The notes beneath the pieces were generated by a model. That model was not told the origin of the DNA. It was given only the letters and a program-made list of their open reading frames with translations, and ran no database searches. Below, one piece after another: positions 28,548 through 41,121 of a stretch of 64,000 bases of DNA. The stretch is taken from the NCBI GenBank assembly GCA_964016885.1, contig OZ024765.1:20274001-20338000 (forward strand), written 5' to 3'. Each line of letters begins with the position of its first letter. The first letter of the stretch is position 1. The DNA is from Eledone cirrhosa (lineage: Eukaryota). A program made the translations under genes and the position numbers.

Positions 28548-28684
28548 TTTTATGTGCATAACACTCCCTGAAACATAAGTAATACACATGTAAAGTTTGA
28601 AAAAAATTGGTTGGTACTTCTCGAGTCTTAGGGATTCAAACTCGCGCACACACACAGACAGACATCCTCAGTTTTATATATAGA
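28548..28684 (-). mobile_element. Helitron 5' end fused to the degenerate ZNF
   Basis: Inverted near-copy of the Helitron 5' end at 33170-33323. Confidence 0.65.
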
Positions 28685-28981
28685 TAACGTGCCTGGTTAC
28701 ATTGAAAATATTTCCCTCTACTGAACGATACCGGTGTCATATCAAAATAATATCTTGCGATATTTTCGTACATTCAGAAACATCTTGAATTGTATCCGAC
28801 TCATGGTAAATAACAAAATAATTTAAATTAGCTATCAAAATAACTACTAATATGTATCATGTAGGATGGCTATACAGGGGTCTGAACGTCCTAGAAATAA
28901 CGGTCAAATGATCCCTCAAATTTCAGCCCCATCATATTATTAAATGAAGTACACATTAGATATTGGTTATTTTAGTCTAGA

Positions 28982-29425
28982 CTAGTAGAATGGCCCGGCG
29001 TTGCTCGGGATTCTAAACATAGATTGGCATGTTTGTATCATGAGTTATTGCCAACATAGAAGCTATTGCTTCAGTTTTTGTTATATGTATTTTTATTTTG
29101 TTCCTATTGAAGAACAAAGCGATATTAAAGAGAAAGTCGTGTAAGGCATTGTAAGAAGGTAAAAGTATTGAGATATATTGTTTCTAAAAGTAAGAATATT
29201 ATAATGCATCATTTGGAAATCTCTATAAATATGTTACATGCTGCAATCTTCTCCTTTACGACATTAACATTTGCTAAAAATCAGAGTTACATCTCAAAAT
29301 GGATCAATGCCTTTTCCCAAAAATGTAAAATCTTGTAAAGCCGTCTGTGCTTTTGTGAAATAAATACGTTTCTTTAGATTTTGTTTTTGTGTATGCAAAA
29401 ATATCTGTACACAAATATATAATTA
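28982..29425 (-). mobile_element. Helitron 3' portion
   Basis: + strand a|ctagtagaatggcccggcgttgctcggg = minus hairpin plus CTAG|T; the paralogous empty site ctaga|tatac is at 32221-32230. Confidence 0.65.
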
Positions 29426-29529
29426 AAAGATTACTCTCAATTAGGGTGTCTATTAAAACAATACATTTATTAAAATATCTCACTGGTTTTTTATTCATGT
29501 CAGAAAAATTGTTAAGAAAACTGAAAGGT

Positions 29530-31515
29530 TTATCCAGTGTGTGTTCTTTTGTGTCTTGTTAAATAAGAACTCCTACCAAAAGATTTGCCACATATCTGAC
29601 AGTGGTAAGGTTCTTCTCCAGTGTGTGTTCTTATGTGTATTTTAAAATTATCATTACGGCCAAAAGATTTGCCACATATTTCACAGTGGTAATGTTTCTC
29701 TCCAGTGTGTGTTCTTATGTGTATTTTTAAATTACCATTACTGCCAAAAGATTTGCCACATATCTCACAGTGGTAATGTTTCTCTCTAGTGTGTGTTCTT
29801 ATGTGTAGTTTTAAATTACCATTACTGCCAAAAGATTTGCCACATATTTCACAGTGGTAATGTTTCTCTCCAGTGTGTGTTCTTATGTGTATTTTTAAAC
29901 AATTCTTACGGGCAAAAGATTTGCCACATATCTCACAGTGGTAATGTTTCTCTCCAGTGTGTGTTCTTATGTGTATTTTTAAATTACCATTACTGCCAAA
30001 AGATTTGCCACATATTTCACAGTGGTTATGTTTCTCTCCAGTGTGTGTTCTTGTGTGTATTTTTAAACAATTCTTACTGGCAAAAGATTTGCCACATATC
30101 TCACAGTGGTACGGTTCCTCTCCAGTGTGTGTTCTTATGTGTATTTTTAAATTACCATTACTGCCAAAAGATTTGCCACATATTTCACAGTGGTAATGTT
30201 TCTCTCCAGTGTGTGTTCTTATGTGTATTTTTAAACAATTCTTACGGCCAAAAGATTTGCCACATATCTCACAGTGGTAAGGTTCCTCTCCAGTGTGTGT
30301 TCTTGTGTGTATTTTTAAATTACCATTACTGCCAAAAGATTTGCCACATATCTGACAGTGGTAAGGTTCCTCTCCAGTGTGTGTTCTTATGTGTATTTTT
30401 AAATTATCATTACTGCCAAAAGATTTGCCACATATTTCACAGTGATAATGTTTCTCTCCAGTATGTGTTCTTATGTGTCTTTTTAAACAATTCTTACGGC
30501 CAAAAGATTTGCCACATATCTCACAGTGGTAGGGTTCCTCTCCAGTGTGTGTTCTTATGTGTATTTTTAAATTATCATTACTGCCAAAAGATTTGCCACA
30601 TATCTCACAGTGGTACGGTTCCTCTCCAGTGTGTGTTCTTATGTGTATTTTTAAATAATTCTTACTGGCAAAAGATTTGCCACACATCTCACAGTGGTAA
30701 TGTTTCTCTCCAGTGTGTGTTCTTATGTGTATTTTTAAATTACCATTATGGGCAAAAGATTTCCCACATATCTCACAGTGGTAAGGTTTCTCTCCAGTGT
30801 GTGTTCTTATGTGTATTTTTATATCACCATTATTGGCAAAAGATTTCCCACATATCTCACAATGGTAAGGTTTCTCTCCAGTGTGTGTTCTTATGTGTAT
30901 TTTTAAATCACCATTACTGGCAAAATATTTCCCACATATCTCACAGTGGTAAGGTTTCTCTCCAGTGTGTGATCTTATATGTATTTTTAAATCACAATTA
31001 TTGGCAAAATATTTCCCACATATCCCACAATGGTAAGGTTTCTCTCCAGTGTGTGTTCTTTCGTGTTGTGTTAAATATTTCTTACTGGCAAAATATTTCC
31101 CACATATTTCACAGTGGTAAGGTTTCTCTCCAGTGTGTGTTCTCATGTGTATTTTTAAATCACCATTATTGGTAAAATATTTCCCACATATTCCACAGTG
31201 GTAAGGTTTCTCTCCAGTGTGTGTTCTTTTGTGCTGTGTTAAATATTTCTTACTGGCAAAAGATTTCCCACATATTACACAGTGGTAAGGTTTCTCACTC
31301 TTGTGTGTTTTTTTGTGTGTGATGACTTCATCTTCTGAAGAGAAAGTTTTCTTACAAATCTCACAACAATATTCAGGAATATTTCCATGTAACGATGTTT
31401 GTTCAGTAAACGTTTTATTAGATAAAGGTTTCTCACCACTGTATGTCTGTGTAACTGTATCTATATTGTTAAACGCAGTTGTGTTAGAAATGTCCAAGTG
31501 TTTAACATCCTCCAT
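29530..31515 (-). CDS. Single-exon C2H2 zinc-finger protein, 22 tandem fingers, nested antisense in an integrin intron
   Basis: 661-aa ORF: 49-aa leader plus 22 x 28-aa C-x2-C-x12-H-x3-H units with TGEKPY-type linkers, no stops. Confidence 0.92.
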   Translation of the reverse strand: MEDVKHLDISNTTAFNNIDTVTQTYSGEKPLSNKTFTEQTSLHGNIPEYCCEICKKTFSSEDEVITHKKTHKSEKPYHCVICGKSFASKKYLTQHKRTHTGEKPYHCGICGKYFTNNGDLKIHMRTHTGEKPYHCEICGKYFASKKYLTQHERTHTGEKPYHCGICGKYFANNCDLKIHIRSHTGEKPYHCEICGKYFASNGDLKIHIRTHTGEKPYHCEICGKSFANNGDIKIHIRTHTGEKPYHCEICGKSFAHNGNLKIHIRTHTGEKHYHCEMCGKSFASKNYLKIHIRTHTGEEPYHCEICGKSFGSNDNLKIHIRTHTGEEPYHCEICGKSFGRKNCLKRHIRTHTGEKHYHCEICGKSFGSNDNLKIHIRTHTGEEPYHCQICGKSFGSNGNLKIHTRTHTGEEPYHCEICGKSFGRKNCLKIHIRTHTGEKHYHCEICGKSFGSNGNLKIHIRTHTGEEPYHCEICGKSFASKNCLKIHTRTHTGEKHNHCEICGKSFGSNGNLKIHIRTHTGEKHYHCEICGKSFARKNCLKIHIRTHTGEKHYHCEICGKSFGSNGNLKLHIRTHTREKHYHCEICGKSFGSNGNLKIHIRTHTGEKHYHCEICGKSFGRNDNFKIHIRTHTGEEPYHCQICGKSFGRSSYLTRHKRTHTG

Positions 31516-33169
31516 AGTAATTTCCGAGAATTATCTCTAATTATAATATATTATAATACAGTTTCTTGTCCTAGATATCCTGGGACGCTGTTTACACGAT
31601 ATAATTATAATATATTATAATACAGTTTCTTGTATAAAGATATCATGGAACTCTGCTAACACGATATAATTATATTAGATGTAATTATAATATATTATAA
31701 TACAGTTTCTTGTATAAAGATATCATGGAACTCTGCTAACACGATATAATTATATTAGATGTAATTATAATATATTATAATACAGTTTCTTTTCTTAGAT
31801 ATCCTGGGACTCTGTTTACACGATATAATTAGATTAGATGTAATTACAATATATTATAGTTTAGCGTCTTGTCTTAGATATCCCGGGACTCTGTTAACAT
31901 AACTGGATTAAACCTAATTATAAAAGAAAACATGTGCCTGGTTACGTGGAAAATATTTTCCTCGCTCAACGATACCGGTGTCATATCAAAATAATATCCT
32001 GCGATATTTTAATACATTCAGAAACATCTCGAATTGTATCCAACCCATTGTAAATAACAAAATAATTTACGTTAGCTATTAAAATAACTACTAATATGTA
32101 TCATGTAGGATGGCTATAGAGGGGTCTAAACGTGCTAGAAATAACAGTCAAATGACTCCTCAAATTTCACCCCCATCATCTTATTAAATGAAGTACACAT
32201 TGGATATTGGTTATTTTAGTCTAGATATACAAAATAGACCTGATCGTCATGGTTGGAATGTCTTTTTAACAGATTCTGGAACATTGGCAATAACCAATTA
32301 GGTAATGAGATCGATAATTAATCAATTTCTTTCTTTGATTTTCTCTGTGATTAAAGTATTAGCCTTACTTTACGTTAGGGAGTCAACGACACCATCATAA
32401 CTAGAAGTAACTCTTATAACTTTCAGATTCTCAAATATTCTAATATTTCACTTTTTTAAATCAACGAAGTGTGACAGAAATTTTAAACATTTTAAATTAC
32501 CAAGATTTGTTTACGTTGAATGTATTTAAAATACTTCCTGTGTGATATCATTACATGATGATGATGATGAGAGATCCCACACTCACTGCTGAGGGTCAGG
32601 GACTATGGACAATTGCATCAATGTTCACCTACATGTTGCTGAATGTCCATGTTTCTCCTCAGGTTAAAAAAAGTAACGTTGGTGAGTCCCTAATCCTCGC
32701 CTGACGATTACCCGGAAGCTAGCTACCAAGTCACAGTTGTCCCCCTTTATCACCAAGCTAAAGTTGTTGGTTACTTGAAAGGTTGTCACCTATGTGACAA
32801 AGGAGCCCCATCTACCCAGGTTTTGATATCAGAGTGACCCTTATTCTAGACAGACTGACAACCAAGACTAAACAGTACTGGGATAGCTCTTTGTTTAGTT
32901 GGGGGGCAATGGAGGTTTACATATGGTGTTGATAAAACAGATGTAGATTATGAAGTTTACTCTAAAGTAGGGTGTCTATTAAAACAAGACATTTATTAAA
33001 ATATGTCGCTGGTTTTATTCGTGTCAGAAAAATTAAGAACACTGAAAAGTTTATTTAGAGAGAGAAAGGTTAATTTATTAAATAATGTTTTGTTATAAAG
33101 TGTTTTTAGTTGTGAACAGATTTTGATTCAAAAAATATAATTTCAAGATTCCCAATAAAACAATTTTAA

Positions 33170-33625
33170 TCTATATATATAAAACTGAGGATGTCTGTCT
33201 GTGTGTGTGTGTGTGTGTGTCTGTGAGTTTGAATCCCTAAAAATCGAGAAGTACCCAACCGATTCTTTTCGAACTTTACATGTGTATTACTTATGTTTCA
33301 GGGAGTGTTATGCACATAAAAAAATTCAACTTTTTGATACCCTTTTTTCAGCATTTTAGGGTTTTTTTTTAGCCGTTACGTCAGACCGATTTCCTTGAAA
33401 TTGTAACTATGTATTAGTCAGTCTCTTCTTCATACCGTAAGCAAAGAAAATCCAACTTTTTTATGGCCCGCATTAGGTGAAAAACTTTTCAGCTTTTTAG
33501 GCCTTCTTTGAGGCGTTACGTCTAGCTGATTTTCCTGAAATTTCAAGGCATATTATGCACATAAAAAAAATTCACTTTCTTGATCCACATTTTTCCTGCT
33601 TCATCGAGGAAAATCTTAAAGCTTA
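33170..33625 (+). mobile_element. Helitron 5' portion, truncated by an RTE insertion
   Basis: A|TCtatatatataaaactgaggatgtctgtctgtg. Confidence 0.6.
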
Positions 33626-33640
33626 TCCAGCCCGAAACAA

Positions 33641-35042
33641 ATCAGGTTATGAAAGTGGCAGAAAGGATATTAGCACAACTAATTAGAGAAAGGGTCAAAC
33701 TAGATGAGATGCAGTTTGGTTTTGTGCCTGAGAAGAGTACAACAGATGCCCTCTTCTTGGTGAGACAATTGCAAGAGAGGTTCTTAGAGAAAAATAAGCC
33801 ACTATACTTAGCCTTTGTTGACCTAGAGAAGGCCTTTGATAGGGTACCCCGATCTGTCATCTGGTGGTCCCTAAGGAAGCTAGGTGTTGAGGAATGGCTT
33901 GTGAGGACAGTGCAAACTTTGTACAGAGGTACTCTCAGTAAAGTCAGGGTAGGAATGGAGTTTAGTGAGGAATTCCAGATACAAGTAGGAGTACATCAGG
34001 GTTTGGTCCTCAGCCAGCTCTTGTTCATTATAGTCCTCCAAGCCATAACAGATGAGTTTAAGACTGGCTGTCCATGGGAACTTCTCTATGCTGACGATCT
34101 GGTTCTTAGAGGAGCTAGAGAATAAATTCTGGCTATGGAAACAGCAGTTGGAAGCAAGAGGACTGAGAGTGAACCTAGCTAAGACAAAAGTGTTGATGAG
34201 TAGAAAAGAGGACAAAACCCAGGTTCCGTCAGGGAAATGGTCATGTTCGATATGCAGAAAAGGAACTGGCATAAATTCTATAAAATGCACACAATGCAGA
34301 TCGTGGGTACACAAGAGATGTAGCGGGATAGCAGGCAAACTAACAGGTAGGGAGAAATATGTATGCAGTAGATGTACAGGGAAATTAGACAGTAGAAGTC
34401 GCATTGATAGACACATTTTTCAAATGCAGGAGGGTGCTATAGAAGTGGTGGATAGCTTCCGGTACCTAGGAGATCAAATTATCTAGAATAAGGACGGGTT
34501 GGAAGAAGTTTAGGGAGCTGCTTCGTCTGTTGACGAAGAAGGGTTTCTCCCTGCGTACGAAAGGCCGGTTGTATGATGCCTGTGTGAGGAGCGCGATGCT
34601 GCATGGTAGTGAGACATGGGCAGCAACTGCAGAGGATATGCGACGGCTGGAGAGAAATGAGGCAAGCATGCTCTGTTGGATGTGCAGTGCAAATGTGCAT
34701 GAACGACCCAGCATAAATGTGTTGAGAGAGAAACTGTATCTGAGAGGGATAGAATGTAGTGTACGGGAGAGGAGATTGAGGTGGTATGGACATGTGATGC
34801 GCATGGAGGATGACCGATGGGTGAAGAAGTGCCAGGAAATGCCAGTTGAAGGAAGACGTGGTAGAGGTAGACCACGAAAAACATGGGCGGAGGTGGTGAG
34901 AACAGACCTCAGATCATTGAAGCTCACGGTGGAGATGACGAAGGACCGTGACGAGTGGAGAGATGCTGTGCTGAATAAGACCCGTCCCACCCTTGCAACC
35001 AGGGAAAAGCGGACGTAAAATGATGATGATTATGATGATGAT
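33641..35042 (+). mobile_element. 5'-truncated RTE LINE, frameshifted, with (GAT)n tail
   Basis: RT motifs in three overlapping ORFs, then [12 protein letters not shown] and GRPRKTW, followed by a tgatgatg tail. Confidence 0.92.
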
Positions 35043-35057
35043 ATACATATATATATA

Positions 35058-35173
<116 letters not shown>

Positions 35174-35179
35174 TATATT

Positions 35180-35211
<32 letters not shown>

Positions 35212-35219
35212 TATATTTA

Positions 35220-35257
<38 letters not shown>

Positions 35258-35373
35258 CATATATATATTTATATATATATATATATATATACATATATAT
35301 ATTTATGTATATATATATATATATATACATATATATATTTATATATATATATATATATATACATATATATATT

Positions 35374-35422
<49 letters not shown>

Positions 35423-35464
35423 TTATATATATATATATATATACATATATATATTTATATATAC

Positions 35465-35511
<47 letters not shown>

Positions 35512-35557
35512 TATATTTATATATATATACATATATTTATTTATATATATATACATA

Positions 35558-35602
<45 letters not shown>

Positions 35603-35617
35603 ACATATATTTATTTA

Positions 35618-35648
<31 letters not shown>

Positions 35649-35746
35649 TTATATATATATACATATATATATTTATATATATATACATATATATATTTAT
35701 ATATATATACATATATATATTTATATATATATACATATATATATTT

Positions 35747-35780
<34 letters not shown>

Positions 35781-35927
35781 ATTTATATATATATACATAT
35801 AAATATATATATGTATATATATATATATAAATATATATATGTATATATATATATATATATGTATGTATATATATATATATATGTATGTATATATATATAT
35901 GTATGTATATATATATATATATGTATG

Positions 35928-35965
<38 letters not shown>

Positions 35966-36210
35966 TAAATATATATATGTATATATATAAGCTTGTTTCT
36001 CCCCTAAGGTATGCTAATTTTTCTGTTGTTCTCCTGTCTCACTCGCTTTACGCGTTTTAATTGTCCTAATAACTTATTTTGGTTATTATTGCACCGAAGT
36101 GAGATATATGATTTTTAATGCAATGAAATATCTATGATCTTCGGCAAATCACTGATGAGGGACTTATTTTATTACATGTTACCATGTGCGACCTGCAGTA
36201 TTTTTCTCTA

Positions 36211-36273
<63 letters not shown>

Positions 36274-36667
36274 ATTATTATTATGTAATAAACAACATAA
36301 GGCAATTATTCCATTTACCAGTGGTTTCTTAAAAGCAAAAGGTTTTGCTTTCAATCCTCAGAATGAAAAATCCTGGTTTGTTTATTGAATATGGATTCTA
36401 AAAACAAAAATGCAATCTATATGAAAGTGAGGCTGGAAAAGGGAGAAGGAAAGGAAAAATAAAATAAAATAAAACTACACATGCAAACACACACAAAAAA
36501 ACACAAAAGCATACTTACACACACACACATATATACACATATAATTTGCACGCATACACATATACACATACACACATATATAATATATATATATATATAT
36601 ATATAAAGAGCGTACACCTACACACACATACACATATATACACACATATACACATACATATATTCAT

Positions 36668-36726
<59 letters not shown>

Positions 36727-36758
36727 TACACACACACACTTTTCCGATGGAATTACTT

Positions 36759-36826
<68 letters not shown>

Positions 36827-37107
36827 TATATTTATATATATATACATATTGTGAAGGCGTGTGGCTGAGTGGTTAGAGAATTGGATTCACAATCTTGAGG
36901 TTGTGAGTTCGATTCCTGGACCGGGCGATGCGTTATGTCCTTGAGCAAGACATTTTATTTCACGTTGCTCCTTCTACCTGGACTTGCGACCGATAGATAG
37001 TATTAGCAGATGGAAAGACCGATGGAAACATTGTTTCCTCACTCCGATTTTTGAAAGTCGATAAAAAAAATAAAAAAAAAAAAAATATATACATATATAT
37101 ATTTGTA

Positions 37108-37162
<55 letters not shown>

Positions 37163-37181
37163 TTATATATATATACATATA

Positions 37182-37229
<48 letters not shown>

Positions 37230-37234
<5 letters not shown>

Positions 37235-37640
37235 CTGCATAGCAGTGAGACCTGGGCATTGTGTGCAGAGGATATACGCAGACTGAAGACGAACGAAGCT
37301 TGCATGCTCCGCTGGATGTGTAATAGTAATATACGTGAACGGCAAAGCATAAACGAACTAAGGGAAAAATTAGGAATAAGAGGGATCAGATGTTGTTTAC
37401 TCGAGAGAAGGCTACGTTGGTATGGTCATGTGATGCGCATGAAAGACGACAGCTGTATAAAAAAGTGCAGGGCAATAAAAATAGACGGTAGCCACGGAGT
37501 AGGCAGACCCAGAAAAACCTGGGACGACTTGATAAATTCCGACCTCACACACTTACACTTCTCCAAGACAATGTCACTGGACCGAGATCTTTGGCGCTAC
37601 ACAGTAATACAGAAGACCCGCCTTACCTAAGTACAAAGTG
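37230..37640 (+). mobile_element. RTE LINE 3' fragment
   Basis: MLHSSETW...[13 protein letters not shown]...GRPRKTW. Confidence 0.85.
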
Positions 37641-39126
37641 AAACCTACTACAGTCAGTAGGCACCTCTAACAAAAATACACCCCGTCCCACTACCCCCAC
37701 TCCATCCACACCACCCCTTTCAATGTAAAGTTATGTTGGTACCACAACATCCAGCCCGAAACCAATGATGTCGTGTATGTGTCACGACAAAAAAACACAG
37801 TCTACGCTGTAATGTGGCCGTGTAGGTAACACGGTAAAAACCTCCCAGTCCACACTGTAAACGTGGTTGGTGTTAGGAAGGGCATCCAGTCGTAGAAAAC
37901 CCGCCAGACAGTCCTATGCGAGCAAGACAACCACTCTTGCCTCAAGTGGGAAAACTCCCATCCAAACCCATGCAAGCATGGAATATGGACGTTAAACGAT
38001 AATGATGATGATGATGATGATAAATTACACAATAATCAAAGCTATGTTCAAATCATTTTATTGCTGACAATCGTTTCTTCCAAACTATCGTCTGGAATCA
38101 TCTGAGCACCAGCAATGTTTGTACATATAATTAACCTTTTATTTAACTGAACAATCATATAGATACCTGGATATTAATGTCAACAATAGTTTCGTATTTA
38201 CAGGGTGGAATGGATGCGGCATAGATTACAAGAGAATTGTACAATAATTAAAAATAAAAAAGGGAATAGTATAACAATTATAATAGTATAACAATAGTAT
38301 AATAATTATTGTACAATTCTCTTGTAATCTATGTTGCATCCATTCCACTCTGTAAATACGAAACTATTGTTGACATTAATATCCATGTATCTATATGATT
38401 GTTCAGTTAAATAGGAGGTTAATTATATGTCTAAACATTGCTAGTGCTCAGATAATTCCAAATGAAAGTTTGGAAGAAACGATTGTCAGCAATAAAATGA
38501 TTTGAACATAGCTTTGATTATTGTGTAATTTATATTCCGGCTCTGTAAAACATCTGATGTATTTACATTGAGCTATTTCCCTTACTGATAATAAGGTAGT
38601 AATAAATTACTGACCTTTCCTGTTTATAGTTGTATATAGTGTATATATAACTATAAATAATATTATTATATATATATATACATATATACATATATCATCA
38701 TCATCATTTTACGTCCGCTTTTCCCTGCTTGCAAGGGTGGGACGGGAACCGATTCTGGCTTGATTTCTACAGATGGATGCCCTTCCTAACACCAACCTCA
38801 TTTACAGTGTGTGCTGGGGGCTTTTTTTGCCGTGGCACCTCCACGACCACTTTGCAGTGGAATGATAAGGACCCCAGTCCCTATCATCTCATTTCTACAG
38901 CTGAGTAAACTGGATCAATGTGAAATAAAGTGTCTTGCTCAAGGAAACAACACATCACCCGGTCTGAGAATTGAACTCAAATTGAACTCAACAACCTTTC
39001 GATTGCATATATATATATATATAGAATAGGACCCGTCCCACCCTTGCAAGCAGGGAAAAGCGGACGTAAAATGATGATGATTATACATACATACATACAT
39101 ACATACATACATACATACATACATAG

Positions 39127-39442
39127 GAGGACATCTACGGACCATTGATGAGGAGTTTACAAATCCAGTATCCAAGATACACCTTTAGCTTCATACCCAT
39201 CATTATTGGTGCTACGGGTTATATACCAACCCGCTTGGACCAAAGTATGACTGAACTTGGATTTGCGAACAAAAAGCGCAGCTCCCTAATTCACAGTCTA
39301 CAAATGGCTGCGATAGCTGGCACCTTCAAAATTTGCAAAACATTCTTGCGATTCAAGGGATGACAATTTCTTTTCTTTTACAACCTTGCCACCAGGAAGG
39401 TGGCCGGTCAAAAAAAAATACTCGAAATTAAGAGAAAACAAA
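39127..39442 (+). mobile_element. 3' end of an RLE-type (R4/Dong-like) non-LTR retrotransposon inside a (CATA)n tract
   Basis: PIIIGATGYIP...LG...LQMAAIAGTFKICKTFL resembles R4/Dong C-termini; CATA repeats on both sides. Confidence 0.55.
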
Positions 39443-39455
39443 CATACATACATAG

Positions 39456-39514
<59 letters not shown>

Positions 39515-39552
39515 TCTTAACTATCCTAATGTATTTGTCATTGTTTCCACAG

Positions 39553-39649
39553 TACGAGATATTCAGAAGTTAACAGGAAAACTTAATGTTGGAATAGGGT
39601 CCTTCATAGACAAGGTTCTCCTGCCATTTACAGACACCAACCCCTATAG
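39553..39649 (+). CDS. ITGB: Integrin beta exon (betaI, G.GSF.DK)
   Basis: (V)RDIQKLTGKLNVGIGSFIDKVLLPFTDTNPY; ttccacAG/GTaag; phase 1 to 2. Confidence 0.92.
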
Positions 39650-40067
39650 GTAAGTCAAAGCTCTCTCTCTCTCTCACCCCCGCTACCCCCTCCCTTACCT
39701 TCAGCCTCCACTAAACCTTACTCATCATCATCATCATTTCATTTTACGTCCACTTTTCCCTGCTTGCAAGGGTGGGACGGGAACTGATTCTGGCTTGATT
39801 TCTACAGCTGGATGCCCTTCCTAACACCAACCTCATTTACAGTGAGTGCTGGGTGCTTTTTTGCCATGGCAGCTCCACGACCACTTTGCAGTGGAATGAT
39901 AGGGACCCCAGTCCCTATCATCTCATTTCTACAGCTGAGTAAACTGGAGCAATGTGAAATAAAGAGTCTTGCTCAAGGAAACAACACATCACACGGTCTG
40001 AGAATTGAACTCACAACCTTTTGATTGCAAGACCAATGCTCTAACCACTAAGCCATATGCCTCTATA

Positions 40068-40360
40068 CGTTCACTTTTCCCTGCTTGCAAGGGTGAGACG
40101 GGTCCTATTCAGCACAGCATCTCTCCACTTGTCACGGTCCTTCGTCATCTCCACCGTGAGCTTCAGCTATCTGAGGTTTGCTCTCACCACCTCCGCCCAT
40201 GTTTTTCGTCGCCTACCTCTACTGCGTCTTCCTTCTACTGGGATTCCTTGGCACTTCTTTACCCAGTGGTCATCTTCCATGCGCATCACATGTCCATACC
40301 ATCGCAGTCTCCTCTCCTGCACACCACAACTTATCCCTCCTATACCCAGTTTCTCTCTTA
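40068..40360 (-). mobile_element. RTE LINE 3' fragment
   Basis: Reverse-complement match to 34720-35015. Confidence 0.85.
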
Positions 40361-40386
40361 AATGTCTCTCATATGTTATATATATG

Positions 40387-40435
<49 letters not shown>

Positions 40436-40555
40436 TTTGTTATGTATATGCTATATATATATATAGCATATAATATAAATATTTGTTATATATATTCTTT
40501 ATATATAAATATTTATGTTACATATATGTTATATATATATGTATATATATGTATA

Positions 40556-40600
<45 letters not shown>

Positions 40601-40641
40601 ATATGTATGTATATATGTATGTATATATGTATGTATATATG

Positions 40642-40672
<31 letters not shown>

Positions 40673-40689
40673 ATATGTATGTATATATG

Positions 40690-40720
<31 letters not shown>

Positions 40721-40831
40721 ATATGTATGTATATATGTATATATATATATATATGTATGTATATATGTATGTATATATGTATATATATATATATATGTAT
40801 GTATATATGTATGTATATATGTATGTATATA

Positions 40832-40864
<33 letters not shown>

Positions 40865-41015
40865 ATATATATATGTATATATGTATATATATATATATAT
40901 ATATGTATGTATATATGTATATATATATATATATATATGTATGTATATATGTATATATATGTATGTATATATGTATATATATATATATATATATGTATGT
41001 ATATATGTATATATG

Positions 41016-41050
<35 letters not shown>

Positions 41051-41079
41051 ATATGTATATATGTATATATGTATATATG

Positions 41080-41112
<33 letters not shown>

Positions 41113-41121
41113 GTATATATA

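Noticed and set aside
29793-31175. 460-aa + strand ORF antisense to the ZNF
   Set aside because: Shadow frame of a homogeneous 84-bp repeat that happens to lack stops; no independent evidence.
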